Below are positions 12,558 through 26,899 of a stretch of 64,000 nt of DNA, one piece after another. A program made the translations under genes and the position numbers. The DNA comes from Octopus sinensis (Eukaryota). Location of the stretch: the NCBI RefSeq assembly GCF_006345805.1, contig NC_043013.1:3038001-3102000 (forward strand), read 5' to 3'. Position 1 is the stretch's first letter. Every line of letters begins with the position of its first letter. The notes below the pieces were generated by a model. It saw nothing but the letters and a program-made list of their open reading frames with translations, was not told the origin of the DNA and ran no database searches.

Positions 12558-12998
12558 TATAACGGACAAAATAATCAAGTAGAATCTACAACTATCGAAA
12601 TATACTTCTATATGTGTCAAATAATATCAATCCAAACTCGTTTATGTCGAAGACAATCTTTCGCTATTATAATAACATACAACAATAATGTATATGTATA
12701 TAATTAAGTATCAGGGTCTTAATTAATCTAGAAACTGTAATGAAACGTGTAAAAAAATATAAATGATAATTATATTTTTAATATAATTCTTCTATTCATT
12801 TAAAATTATTGATATAAAAAAGATTAAAATAACTAATAAAAAGTGTTCTTTATTGTTTATCGGAGGGAGAATTCGGTAATAAATATGAACAGAAACCTAA
12901 CAAAACATATGTAAGTATGTATGTATGTATGTATGTATGTATGTATGTATGTATGTATGTATGTATGTATGTATGTATGTATGTATGTATGTATGTAT

Positions 12999-13243
12999 GG
13001 ATCACCAAGCATAGATTGACATATTTCGGTCATATTATGCGGAGAAAATCCCTGGAGAAAGACATCATGCTCGGAATGGTGAGTGGCAAGAGAGGAAGAG
13101 GTCGACCAAGAACCTGCTGGCTTGACACCATCAAGAGTGATACCGGAATGGACATAGCCAATCTGAAAGAAGCGGCCCAGGATAGAACTGACTGGAGGAC
13201 ACTGATCCATCGAATAACCGAGAGTCAACTTCGACTGAGCGGA
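12999..13243 (+). mobile_element. 5'-truncated RTE (BovB-like) 3' end within (ATGT)n
   Basis: Stop-free RLTYFGHIMRRKSLEKDIMLG..GKRGRGRPRTCWLDTIK..AAQDRTDWR. Confidence 0.9.
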
Positions 13244-13626
13244 TGTATGTATGTATGTATGTATGTATGTATGTATGTATGTATGTATGTATGTATGTAT
13301 GTATGTATGTATGTATGTATGTATGTATGTATGTATGTATGTATAATATGAGTGGAATGCCTGCGGCTTAAAGTTTCGTGGACACGTAATGAGGCTAAGT
13401 TACGTTTGTCGTCACATCAAATAGTGAGGTCGAAGCTTTTGTTACTCTGTTGTAGTTGTTTCAATGTATCAGAAGTGTGATTTGTGAATGCTGACTTCCT
13501 AGATATGTTAAAGATGCTTTGAGGGAAACTAGTTTGTATCTTCTTCGATACAGAATATTTTTGAATCTGTGTTTATTGACGTATTGCAAGTGTGTTGGTA
13601 GAGAGAGAGAGAGAATGAAAGAGAGT

Positions 13627-13662
<36 letters not shown>

Positions 13663-14259
13663 TGGGGGAGGCAGGGAGAGGGACACAGCGACAGAGATAG
13701 GGAGTAAAATTGGTGAGTGGTGTATTAAGATGCTGACATTTTAATATCCGAGTGAAAGGGTCACTGATATAACCTCACTAAGAGATTTAGTGAAATTAGA
13801 ATAGAGGATTAGAGACCAATTTTGGCAGATCAGAAAGGGTGAATAGCAAGAAGAAAAGAGAGCAAAGGAGTGAGAGAGAGAAAGGAATCAGAGAGAGATA
13901 TTAGAACGACAGAAAAAAAATGTAATATTCTTCTATGAGAGGATAATGGCATTTCGTTCCACCAATCACATCTAGACTGTGTACACACACACACACACAT
14001 ACAGTGATGTATTAAAATATTGGTGTGTATATGCGTATGCATATATCACACACACAGCAACATGCTCATACGTGTGTGTATATATGCATGTATTTGTACA
14101 CAATATAAAGGTGTGTGCGTGTAGGAAGTCATTGTTTTTTTTTTTAAACGATTTATCACATACATATATTTAGACTCACTGACACATTTATTAATAGTTG
14201 CTGATTTCTGTTTTCTGATATCAATCTCTCCACCCCACCCCTAACTGCCACGTACATAT

Positions 14260-14260
14260 A

Positions 14261-14313
<53 letters not shown>

Positions 14314-14416
14314 ATTGTGTGTGTAGTGTATATATATATATGTATATATTATTTATGTGTGTATATATATATATATACATGTGTATATATAATATAAAAT
14401 GTTATATAGATGTGTG

Positions 14417-14480
<64 letters not shown>

Positions 14481-14550
14481 TATATATATATATATATATA
14501 TATCTATATATATATATGTATGTATGTATATATATGTAATATATATATAT
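14260..14550. repeat. (TA)n/(TG)n compound microsatellite
   Basis: Direct reading; comparable tracts occur near 18.2-18.6, 20.6-20.9, 23.7-24.5, 25.7-26.0, 38.5, 41.0 and 42.1 kb. Confidence 0.95.
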
Positions 14551-14940
14551 TCATATTCCTTAGCTGTTTATGTTTCTTGTTACCTGATTTATTGAATGCT
14601 ATTTATGCGTAGGTAGTGGTGTTTTATTGTTTGCCAGTTTTAATCTTGGCTTCTGCTATTGTTTATGGCGTTTATATGTCAAATTATTTTATTTTTCCTT
14701 TAACACATTCTTAAGTTAGACATTTGGTAAAGGAATTGTTTAGTCTATTTCATTCCTTTTTAGGTTGTACTGTTTTGGATTGTTTCATTTTATGAAGATA
14801 GCTTTTAGGTGAGAGGTGTGATATGCCTTGTTGATTTAGTAAGGTGAGGTAAATACGCTGTATATTTATGTATGAGTGTTTGTATGTACGGTTGTATGTA
14901 TGTTTGTATTGCATGTTCATATGTATATATGTTATATATC

Positions 14941-14976
<36 letters not shown>

Positions 14977-14993
14977 ATATTATATATATATAG

Positions 14994-15026
<33 letters not shown>

Positions 15027-15101
15027 GTGTGTGTGTATGCACGTTGATAGTGAAGCAAATAAACACGCTTGGGAATGATATTAAATGATATATACATACT
15101 T

Positions 15102-15274
15102 GCAGGAGTGGCTCTGTGGTAAGTAGCTTGCTAACCAACCACATGGTTCCGGTTTCAGCCCCACTGCGTGACACCTTGGGCAAGTGTCTCCTACTATAAC
15201 CTCAGCTGTCAAAAAGGCGGTGCTCCAGCATGGCCGCAGTCAAATGACTAAAACAAATAAAGGAATAAAAGAAT
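15102..15274 (+). mobile_element. SINE type A with internal deletion
   Basis: Head joined directly to tail GGCGGTGCTCCAGCATGGCCGCAGTCAAATGAC. Confidence 0.85.
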
Positions 15275-15451
15275 ACATATGTAAATACATACATATATAT
15301 ATACTTACATACATACATATATATATATATTTATATATATATAAATTTAATCCAAACAAGAAAACACAGAAAAAAAAGAGAAAAAAACACAGCAACGCAG
15401 GACGTGGAACAATTAAAGTATTATTGACGCTCAGGAAAGAAGGGAAGGAGG

Positions 15452-15486
15452 GTTTAACGTTTCGAGCGGAGCTCTTCGTCGGAAAC
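15452..15486 (-). ncRNA. Minimal type I hammerhead-like fold inside a PLE-like terminal repeat (about 15360-15560)
   Basis: Minus strand GUUU-CCGACGA-A-GAGC-UCC-GCUC-GAA-ACGU-U-AAAC; U4C core deviation. Confidence 0.6.
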
Positions 15487-15958
15487 AAGGAGAAGGAAAG
15501 ATCCCAAGGAGGGAAGACAGAGGAGAAAATATTTGAGCTGGTGGTGCTCAAGAGATCACATGTAAATATATATAGGAAGATATATAAAGAGAAACAAAAA
15601 CTGAAAATATTCAGAACACGATCGTTCATGCATGGCTTATATGCTCTGAGGAGATCGTGCTAATAATACATAAATCACTAGATATGAATATGCAACAATC
15701 TGCACTTGGTGCGATCGAAACACGTCACAGACCAATATTATGAATAAACTAACTGGAAATATTCATAAAGTTTGAATGTTCAGATTCTTCATTCTCTTTA
15801 TTATCAATATCGTACTTTACACTCTCAGTAGCCAAGAGAAAAACTGGAACGTCGGATGGGAGGTAAAGGAAGACGCACCATCAGAAGGAACCAGCCTTGG
15901 CATCTTACTCAGAGAAATTTGGTATCTGTCTGGATATTACATCCCCACTCTTACTACA

Positions 15959-16016
<58 letters not shown>

Positions 16017-16823
16017 ACACACAGGTTATGAATCGAACTTTAAAAAAGAATTTAATTCGGATAACCCCTTTATGAAAAAGACAGCAAAAAATAATAATAC
16101 AGAATTGAAAAGAGAACAAACCACCCTTAATTATGGATACACAAAAGAAAATAATTACACAGAACCAACCACACACGGGGAGAAAATCGTTCACACACTA
16201 GAAATAGGGGTGACTCACAACATAAAAATATTAGACTCATGTTCAAAGTTCCCAGCCGACGCTAAATCTTGGAAATCAAGAGGATACTAGAAGTAGGAAT
16301 GTTCCGCAAACCAGAAACCTCAGAAAAAACTGCTGCAAACAGGAATGAAAGGGACACAAGGCACTATACCCAATTCCAATCAAAGGACCCCTAACACACA
16401 TGAACACACACAACAACTCAATACAGCAATATCAGCACGCTTTTAACCCAAATCCCAACACAAACCGACACAACCTCAGCTAACGTTTTTTAACCCCAGA
16501 CTAGAGATATTGTATTCACTGATTATCTCTTTAGCTACAAAAACATTCTATTCACTGATTACCCTCCTTGAGCTAAACTCTCCTTTGTAAATGCAAAGCT
16601 GTTTCGTAGTTGCTTCTACGCAGGATTAAATCAAAAACTTATTATGATTTCAAAACATTGAGTCATGGTAAGCGAAGCAAAGCCGTTTGATTCTATACGT
16701 ATTCTAATGGATTAAATAAACTTTATCAGCACAAACAGGGTTTCTGTGCTTTTTCACCTTAAATCATATTTTATATTTACCACCACGCGGAATCTCACAA
16801 GGAGTGAGATTCCGCATGAGATT

Positions 16824-16865
<42 letters not shown>

Positions 16866-16931
16866 GCACACACACAAACACACACACATACACATATGAA
16901 CACACACACACACACACACATACACATATGA

Positions 16932-16971
<40 letters not shown>

Positions 16972-17118
16972 GTCACTTAGCGGTTCGGCAAAAGAGACCG
17001 ATAGAATAAGTACTGGGCTTACAAAGAATAAGTCCCGGGGTCGATTTGCTCGACTGAAGTCGGTGCTCCAGCATGGCCGCAGTCAAATGACTGAAACAAG
17101 TAAAAGAGTAAAAGAGTA
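16972..17118 (+). mobile_element. SINE type A 3' half
   Basis: Matches type A tail. Confidence 0.85.
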
Positions 17119-17432
17119 TATATATATATATGTATATTTTAATCCGATCGGGTACAGAGTTGACCAACCTTGAGGACTCATTATTTTACTTTTGCTTACC
17201 TACGATATGGTGTGTTGTTTCTCGGAGATTTTAAGGTGGTAATAGGAGCTTTAGCGTCTATTTTTAGCAGTGCGTGGTGAGGCGTAAAGTCAACCCATTG
17301 TTATAATTATGGATATAATTATAAAACATTTTATATGTATATACATATATATATATAAATATATGTATAAATACACACATACACACACTTATATCTAAAT
17401 ACAGACACACACTCAACGCATATATAATAATA

Positions 17433-17463
<31 letters not shown>

Positions 17464-17607
17464 ATACACACACATATACATGCATACATTCCGAGAGAAA
17501 GTTCAAAAGTAAATAGGCACCCCTCATTATGCCGTTTTATCCGTGCTCACATACATACATACATATATGTATGCATGCGTCTATATACACGTGCGCGACC
17601 CCCCGTT

Positions 17608-17649
<42 letters not shown>

Positions 17650-17742
17650 AGAGTTTACGAAAAAAACAACAACAAAAGATGATGACAGGTGGTGTACAAA
17701 ACAAACAGATGTATTAGTATAACGCTCAGGAATAGAAAAAGT

Positions 17743-17778
17743 CTTTTACGTTTCGAGCCTACGCTCTTCTACAGAAAG
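17743..17778 (-). ncRNA. Minimal type I hammerhead-like fold inside a PLE-like terminal repeat (about 17645-17830)
   Basis: Minus strand CUUU-CUGUAGA-A-GAGC-GUAG-GCUC-GAA-ACGU-A-AAAG; A6U core deviation. Confidence 0.6.
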
Positions 17779-18294
17779 GGACACAGAAAACAAGGAGAGA
17801 AAAAATGTGTGTAGTAGTTAACGATCTGTCATATATATATATATATATATCATGAATGTATGTACGTACGTATGCATCACATAAACGAAAATGCGATGAG
17901 AGAGATAACTCGGAGAGCAGTGGCGTGTATTTGAGTAACAATGACAAATAAAGGTATATTTCGACTTATAGAAACTATCTCTGCTTCCAGAAAAAAGTGA
18001 AAAGATTATCTTTGCCTCTCATATGCTGTTGGTTCCAATTGCTTTGTGGCTATTGCAACCTACTCTAAACAAGAAGCAGCGAGAATCTTGTGACTCAAAT
18101 TCTCTAAAATTGATGTGCTATTCAAGGACAGTTTCAATCTCTGGAAACAACAATTTGGATACGTGTTTCTACGTCAATAGCCGTCACCAGCACAGTAAAA
18201 TATCTCTGTATGTGTATGTGTGTGTATGTTTACATGCTACATACATACATATACATACACCATATATATATATATATATATAATATGTGTGTTG

Positions 18295-18327
<33 letters not shown>

Positions 18328-18373
18328 CGTGCGTGTGTGCGTGGTTTTATCTCTAATTTAATTTATATATATA

Positions 18374-18427
<54 letters not shown>

Positions 18428-18437
18428 TATATATCTG

Positions 18438-18469
<32 letters not shown>

Positions 18470-19649
18470 TGTATGCATATGTATATATATTATATGTGTG
18501 TATGTGTATAAATAAATACATATATATTATATAATATATAGTATTTATACACATAAATTAATATATACGTGCACGTGTGTATATATATATATATATGCAT
18601 ATGAGTGTGTGAATTATTGTGTGTATGTGTTTGTGTGTGCGCGCTCGTGCACCTCAGGATTTGATGTGGAAATCTGCCGACGAATTTTTGCTGTTGACGT
18701 GTTAATGTGAATACGACACAGTAAAACAAACAAACGGAGAGTTTGTCGACAATATTTCGTGTTCATCTAACGATATGAACAAGACGGATTCTGTTTTCCT
18801 CCGCTGTATTAACAACAGTAACTTTATTATTCATATGTGAGCAAGGAACTACTGCCTACTTCGATGTTACATTTAGGCTCCAAACCTTTCAAATATGCTA
18901 GCTTCGATAGATCGATATGATATTCGGGCATGTTAATATTGATTATTTTCTACTATGTATGAGGAGATATGTTGACGTGGAATGATTTAATGGAGTGAAT
19001 CGAGCCCAGTATGTTTCATCAACCACACAACTATTTTGGATGCCAGCGAGATTTATACACATAATGTGTTAAATATTTGGTCCGTCGCCTCCCCACCAGC
19101 GACCATCAACTCCACCATCTTATATAACATGTCAGTAGTTGCGTCTTATTTGAAAATTTGATTAAATGCGAAGTGGTGTAGTCGATCGAATTATTCCCCA
19201 GTATAGTAACTGTATAGAACATATTTTATCGACCCTGGACATACAAAAGTCGAACGCGCTCTGGTGGGATTTGTAAAATCTTCTCCCGCCATTTATAAAT
19301 ACATCTCAAAATCGGTCTTCATCCGTTTAGCTATGAAGGCATTCGCTTCAGGTCTATATATGCTCTTCTAAAATTTCACACACACACACACACACAGGGT
19401 TGGCAAAAATCGTGCATAAAAAAATTCAATACGCTCAAGAATTGACTAAAATTGAATTAAATTAATGATGAATACATACGTATATGATGAACAAAATGAA
19501 TAATAATAATGATAATAATAAAGAGAAGAAGAAGAAGAAGAAGAAGAAGAAGAAGAAGAAGAAGAAGAAGAAGAAGAAGAAGAAGAAGAAGAAGAAGAAG
19601 AAGAAGAAGAAGAAGAAGAAGAAGAAGAAGAATGATAATAATGTTTTCA

Positions 19650-19810
19650 AATTTTGACACAAAATGAGTCGATTACATCGACCGCAGTGTTCAACTGGTA
19701 CATATTTTATCGACCCAGAAAGGATGAAAGGATAAAAGGTAATTTGAACTCGGATCGTAAAGACAGACGAAGTACCCACTAAGCATTTTGCTAAAGATTC
19801 TGCCAGCTAC
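19650..19810 (-). mobile_element. SINE type B, diverged
   Basis: GTCGATTACATCGAC..GAAAGGATGAAAGG..TTTGAACTC. Confidence 0.75.
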
Positions 19811-19877
19811 ACACACAAAGCGCACACACACACACACATTCATTATTTTCTTTTCTTTCACTTGTCTCAGTCGTTAC

Positions 19878-20466
19878 ATCGTCCACACTGTTCATTGAAG
19901 ATATCACGCACATCAGAAGCAGTTGTCCAAAAATGTCATCACGATTTTATCTACCGATGAGACATGATATTGTTGCTAGAACACTCTATAAGGAAATCCG
20001 TCGGAAGGATAATCCCAATGACAAAGAAATAAGAACTCACAGTATGGTAGAAGCCATAGTCACTCATAATAAAAAGGAGTACTGGTGGAATGTATCATTG
20101 AAGACCTTAATAGAATGTTAGCACAACAGACCTGATATAATGAGTTAGGATAGAGAAGAGAAACTGTGCACAGTTATGGAAATTAGCTGCCCAGCGGATG
20201 TAAACATAAAGCTGATGATCATTGAAAAAGAGAACACCTACGCTGAAATATTGAGAAATCTGCAGTTACTCTATCCAGATTACAAGTTCAGGTTTATACC
20301 TGCAATTATTAGGGCCCTGGAATATGTAACAACCTCTCTAAATATCTTTCTGAGAAATTAGACTTCTCAAAACCAGAAAGGAGAAAGCTAATTCGAAGAC
20401 TACAGATACAATCCATCACTGGAACTGTTAAAAATCTGTAAAACTTTCCAGAAGTTTATCATTTAA
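19878..20466 (+). mobile_element. R4/Dong-like RLE 3' fragment (distinct subfamily)
   Basis: HIRSSCPKM..RHDIVA, HNRPDI, MEISCPAD..KENTYAE, ITGTVKICKTF. Confidence 0.8.
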
Positions 20467-20714
20467 ATATATATGAGCATGTCTAAATATGCAACTATAT
20501 GAATGAGAATACATACATACAACATACAAATCTGCATATACATACATACTTACATACATACATTGATATGTATGTTTATATACATCTACATGCATGCATA
20601 TATATGTATCTCATCCATATACCATAGTATATATATTAACAAATATATGATCATTATATGTATGTTAATATATGCATATAGCTATGTATATATGTATATA
20701 TATATAGATATATA

Positions 20715-20772
<58 letters not shown>

Positions 20773-21514
20773 ATATATATTTATGTATATGTATATATAG
20801 TATGTATATATTTATGTAAATGTATATATGTATATGTATATATATATGTATATGCACACGTAGACACACGCACACATATACTAAAACTATATATATAATA
20901 AATTTCCTTACTTTTAATCATTCTCATCCTTTTCGTTTCGACTTTGCTGTCAACCAATGATTGTGGCCCGTTGGTGCTTCCATTTAATTGGAATATCCTG
21001 CTTCTAATATTCTATAATAATAATAATAGTTTATATGTTGTACATATCATCAATTTCGTGTAAAACATATGGTAAAAAAAGCCACGGAATTTAGAATAGA
21101 ATATAATCAGTTAAAGAAACGCAGTAAAATAGTTATTTTATTTTATTGACTCCCGGAAGGATGAAAGGCGCGGTTGCCTTTTGCTGGATGTGAAGCATTT
21201 TGCCTGACGTTTTGTTATGGGAATCCACTATTGTAAATGAAATATAAATATTGTTATTTATTGTACTGATCTGGCCAAACTGGTGTGATAAATTCAACTG
21301 ATATTTAACTTCAAGTTGTTCGAGTTGATACCTGCAGTGTAATTGTTACTGCGCAGAAATCTCCAGAGAATTACAAACTGGTCAATAGGGCTATAACATA
21401 GTAATAGTGACGGTTAGAAGAGACGTGTGAGTATTGGGTGTGTCTTGCTGAAGCTAATACACAGCCTGTTTGTCCCAAGGAACCGGAAACTCTGTGGCAT
21501 TGTTAGAAGAGAGA

Positions 21515-21558
<44 letters not shown>

Positions 21559-22230
21559 ATGAGGTGTGAGAGGAGGAGAGATGGATAGATGAAGAAAATT
21601 GTGGTTGGGCTGGGACAGTGAAAGTAGAATTTTTGTAAAAAAAAAAAAAAGGGTTTGCCAATCAGTCGGATAGCCAATAACTCACACAATATATGATAAA
21701 TGGATAATGAAATGTCAAAATATTCCTTCACTGTAGATCAAAGAGAATATTTATTTAAAAATTGCTTCATTCTTTACCGAAAATAGCCGGAAAAATAGAT
21801 ATATGAACATCTCTCAATTCAGTATTTTGGCGCTATAGAGGAATCCGCTAGCTTTGAAGAAAATACTATTGAAATAGGAGCTTGTATTAGGACCGCAAGC
21901 TGGCAGAACCGATAATATCTCCGGGCAGAAAACATGACATCATTTCGTCCGTCTTTATATTTTGAGCTCAACTCCTTCTTCATTGCAGGCAAAGAAATAT
22001 ACACCAATACGTTACATCCACTTTCCCCCAATATTTTTGGGAAAACTCTTGTGTAACTAAGATATTTAGTGCTTTCAAGTAGGTTGATGCGTAAAAATAT
22101 TTTTTTGACATCATACTGTTTCAGAGAAAATGGAAATTTAAGTTGAATTTAAAGGGAAAAACACTATGTTAATAGATAACATACAGATATTTCCACAAAA
22201 TCAATCATTTTCCAATGTAAATGAATTATA

Positions 22231-23494
22231 TTGGATCATCCCATAAATAATGCAGATATTTTTTTACTCGTTTTGTCTTTCCAAATTAAGATAAACAAAG
22301 CTCTTTTTAAATCTAAAATATACTCTCCTTCATTTTCTACAATGCGCTTCCATCTATCTGGTAGACTTGCAAAATTCACTTGTCTGTGATGAAAAATACT
22401 CCTCCAGTACTGTTCTGACCACATCTACAGAATTCATATTTTTTCCGCCTAAATGATTTTGAAGACTGCAAAATAAATGATAATCAGATGGGGCACTGTC
22501 CGGTGAATATGGTGGGTGGGACATCGCTTCACATTGAAACTGCTCCAGCCTTTGAAATGTCGTCCTCATTGTATGTGACTGAGCATTATCCTGATGGTAG
22601 GACACTTTTCGTCTTGAAATAAAAGATGGCCGTTTTTCTTCTAGTGCTGACTTAAGCCGCTCAGGCCATTCACAGTAGATCTCCTTTGTTATCGTTTGGT
22701 TTGGGTTTAAAAGATCAAAGTGAACTAAACCTTTCATATCTCACCAAACAGTTAACAACACCATACGTGGATGAAGACCTTCTTTCGCCTGTGGTGCAGG
22801 TGTTTCTCCTTTCCCTACCAACTGTCTTCGACGCTTGACATTTTTATAGAGAACCCATTTCTTGTCACCAGTCACTATTTGGTCCAAAGAAGATTCATCT
22901 GTGAGACGTGACAACAAAGAAGAGTACATATTCACTCGCTGCGCGCGATTAGACTCGGAAAGTTCGTGAGGAACCCATTAACCCAACTTATTGATTTTTC
23001 TGATGGCACGCAAGTGTCGATGGATGGTTGAATGACCGAATCCAAGCTTCTCTGCTAGTTCTTCAACAGTTACGATGAGATTTTGTTCCACCAGGGTTTG
23101 CAGGGCATTCTCGTCGAGCTCTACAGATCTTCCAGCACGAGGCTTGTCTTCTGGGCTGTATTTTCCGGCTCGAAATTTCTGGAATCACTGTTGACGCTGG
23201 CTTATGCTTACTGTCCGATCCCCATATACTTACATTAATATTCCTCGCACTATCCATCGCACTGTTACCTTTATTGAACTCATAAAGCAAAATATGTCGA
23301 ATATGCTCTTTTGCCACTTCCATTATGGCTTTGATAATATAACTGTTAAAATCGAACTGCACTCTTCAAAACGTGCATTAAGAATAAGTACAATTACAAC
23401 CTGTTTTATAGCAAATTGATGCAGGTTGTTTAACGTCCTCCGACTTTTAGTTCATGCAATTGAAAAAAACCACATTATTTATGGGACAACCTAA
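22231..23494 (-). mobile_element. Near full-length mariner (DD34D), pseudogenised transposase
   Basis: TIRs TTGGATCATCCCATAAATAATG and CATTATTTATGGGACAACCTAA, each flanked by TA; motifs EHIRHILLYEF, WVPHEL, IVTGDKKWVLY, HQDNA-34aa-D in YSPDSAPSDY. Confidence 0.95.
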
Positions 23495-23741
23495 TATTTT
23501 GAGGGCAAGAAGTTAAAATTCCTCCAAAATATGTCTAATTTCAGGATGGATTTCAGAAAATTTTATATAAAAAACCTATTTTACGAAATTAACATCCCTG
23601 GAAAGATATGAAATACTTCAAATAGATTGCAACTAATTTTGAAGCAACCTTCAATTTTACAGTTTTTAGCCATGTTACATTCAATATGTAATCCTCACTT
23701 TCTGTAGCTCACATTGTCTCTCACATACACACGTACACACA

Positions 23742-23812
<71 letters not shown>

Positions 23813-23819
23813 CATATAC

Positions 23820-23850
<31 letters not shown>

Positions 23851-23960
23851 AATATATATATACACATACATACACACATATATATATATATATATATATA
23901 ATATATATATATTATATATATATACATATATATATACATATATATATACATATATATATA

Positions 23961-24000
<40 letters not shown>

Positions 24001-24239
24001 GAACAAATTGTAGGTAACAAGAAGGAGTACAAAGAAACATTTATTTGTAATCACTACAATTGCTTCCACGCAATGTAGTTCTTCAGATTCTCAGTTATTT
24101 GGTTATGAAACCGTCTCCCTGCATTGTGAAATCTTGTGTTTCATCAGGTGATATATAAATATTGCTTCTGTGTTCAATAAACTCAAATTTTCGCCTACGA
24201 CCACATCTTTTCTGTCTGTCATGGCTATGCGAGGAGGTA

Positions 24240-24296
<57 letters not shown>

Positions 24297-24304
24297 ATAA
24301 TATT

Positions 24305-24336
<32 letters not shown>

Positions 24337-24385
24337 ATATATATATATATTATAGATATATATATAGATATATATATATATATAT

Positions 24386-24426
<41 letters not shown>

Positions 24427-25754
24427 GAGAGAGATAGAGAGATAGATAGATAGATATACATCCATCCATCCATCCATCCATCCATCCATCCATACATACA
24501 TACATACATATATATGTGTGTGTGTGTGTGTGAGGGAAAGTGAGAGAGAGAAATGAAGAAAGCGTGTGAGTGTGTACGTGTTTGTGTGTTTGAGACAACA
24601 GCACCGGTTTCAACTAGCGTTATAGATTGGTAAGTACCTTAAAGAATTTTGTGTTGGACTTGATGTAATCAACTTTTTTCTTTCGATGCCCCAGCACGTA
24701 TTAGTCGAATGACTATAAGAGTAACTTTGCAAGAAAGAAAAAAGTATTTATTTGCGCCTACTTGTGTGTATATGTGTGTTGGTGAAGTGTTTGCGTATAT
24801 ATACGTGTGCGTGCGCGTGTGTGTGTCTGTGTGCATCTGTGTCTGTGTCTGTATGTCTGTGTGTCTGTCTGTGGGTGTACATGATAAATTCTGAACGCGT
24901 ATATCGCGTGAAACTTCAAGTAAGTAGATCTACGCATGTATTCCAAACTAAACCGAAATTGCAATACAGTTAACCGGAAGCCTTTATCTTCCTCTAACCA
25001 TCTCCAGGCCTGGCAATATCATTCTATAGTAATACAAAAACAACAAAGCATGATGTAACCATGCTTTGTTAGAGACCAGTTTACACATCATCGGCGAAAT
25101 AGCATTATTCATTCAAAAAGACTCCAATGCATATGGCGTATCCTGGTATACAAACAATACAGATATCACTAGATGTAAGACAGCATTGCATCTAAAATAC
25201 TTTCTTCAATCCTAAACCATCCATACCAACACATTCACATCCAAAACTAATTACATTAACTCCTACTTCTGTTACAGCCTATGATAAATATACTGTAAAC
25301 AACCCACCAGCACTACCCCGACGAATTCGCTATCAAAATGGTGTTTAGGTATAATAAAATGATAAATGATTTGAATAATAATAATTTGCGAAAATAACTA
25401 AATCTTCGAAGATATATTAATTCCCAAAATAGCAAACATGACAGTCAAAATACAAAATAAACTTATTGCTTTTATCACACAATTCAAGATGAAATTTTCT
25501 ACCGAAAATATCCGAGGAACTAACACATCTTTGTCTTCCTAATCTAATTCCTCCGTATTGGCTGCGATTTATTGTTCAACTTCTGCTTTAAAGGTATATT
25601 TTGGTATTTTCAAGCTTTATCTCGTTAAATTATACGACTTCGTTTTTGTATGAATAAACAGTTTTGACATTTATTTTCGTAACTTAATAGCTTTGACTAA
25701 TAATCTACCAACGTATATGTCAGTCGGTCGGATATTTCTACAATATCATAAAGC

Positions 25755-25800
<46 letters not shown>

Positions 25801-25899
25801 ACACACACACATACACGCACACACGCACACATATATACATATATATGCATACATATATGTATGTATGCATGTATATGTATATGTATGTATTTATGTATG

Positions 25900-25931
<32 letters not shown>

Positions 25932-25935
25932 TATA

Positions 25936-25981
<46 letters not shown>

Positions 25982-25984
25982 CAA

Positions 25985-26330
25985 AATGGGACAACAGCGC
26001 AGAACATCCGGACAACTAGGTGATACAAAAAGGGACAACAAAACATCCAGATAGACGATACAAAGAAAACAAGGACGGGTCATTCGGAGTTTTCTATCTT
26101 CAGTCAAGAACCATATTATCCTCGCAATTTTGGCTGATTAATCTTGAGATTGCTCCAATCTGGTCAGCCCCAAGGAAAAACAAAGCTAAGAGCATTAGAT
26201 TCCTTGGAAGAAAGCAACGAATGTATACAAAACAAGGACGGAAAAACGGACAATGTTGCACAAATATAAATACAATAAAAATACAATAAAAATGTCTATA
26301 CTATAATGGAGAAAGGTGCTTATTAATTAG
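25985..26330. repeat. Unclassified interspersed repeat next to (TA)n, possibly PLE terminal-repeat-like
   Basis: Abuts (TA)n and carries a partial CUGAAGA motif on the minus strand; no homolog elsewhere in the window. Confidence 0.25.
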
Positions 26331-26899
26331 GTATGTAACAATTACTAAAAGTACTACAAGAAAGCTATTATTAAAGGGTTGACTGTCTGGAAATATTTTT
26401 ATAAATTCATGTTCTAAGAAATTGCCTATAATTTCGATTTCTGAAGTTTATTGAATTTTTTTAATTCCAGATTCTCGCAAATTTAAATATTCATTGCATT
26501 TATTGCGTTCAGTTCTTCATGAATGTAAATATTCATTGCATTCACTGCGGAGTAGATTTTAATGTTTAATAATAAACACTATTAATTCGTTGCAGGCAAC
26601 ATTTTACGTTTTTATATGCAGCAGTCTCTCATTCTCGCTCGCTTCTATTTACATTAAGGATAATGTAATAATATCTATATATCTTTCATACGAGACACAA
26701 TTTCAAGAATATTATCAGTTTCCGGAGTTTGTTAAATGAATATTTTTGATAAAATGAAAATTCTTTAACATACTGGTATAATTGTTTTTTTTTTTAATGA
26801 AGAAGAGATTTTGTTGTATGGCTACTTGGAACGCTATAAGCCTTACAGTAGTTACTATGTAATCACTGCTATTTCTAGCACGCTAAACAGGATAGCTTT

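Noticed and set aside
26070-26115. Minus-strand CUGAAGA..GAAU..GUC hammerhead-like motif
   Set aside because: Stem I does not pair and the core spacing is wrong
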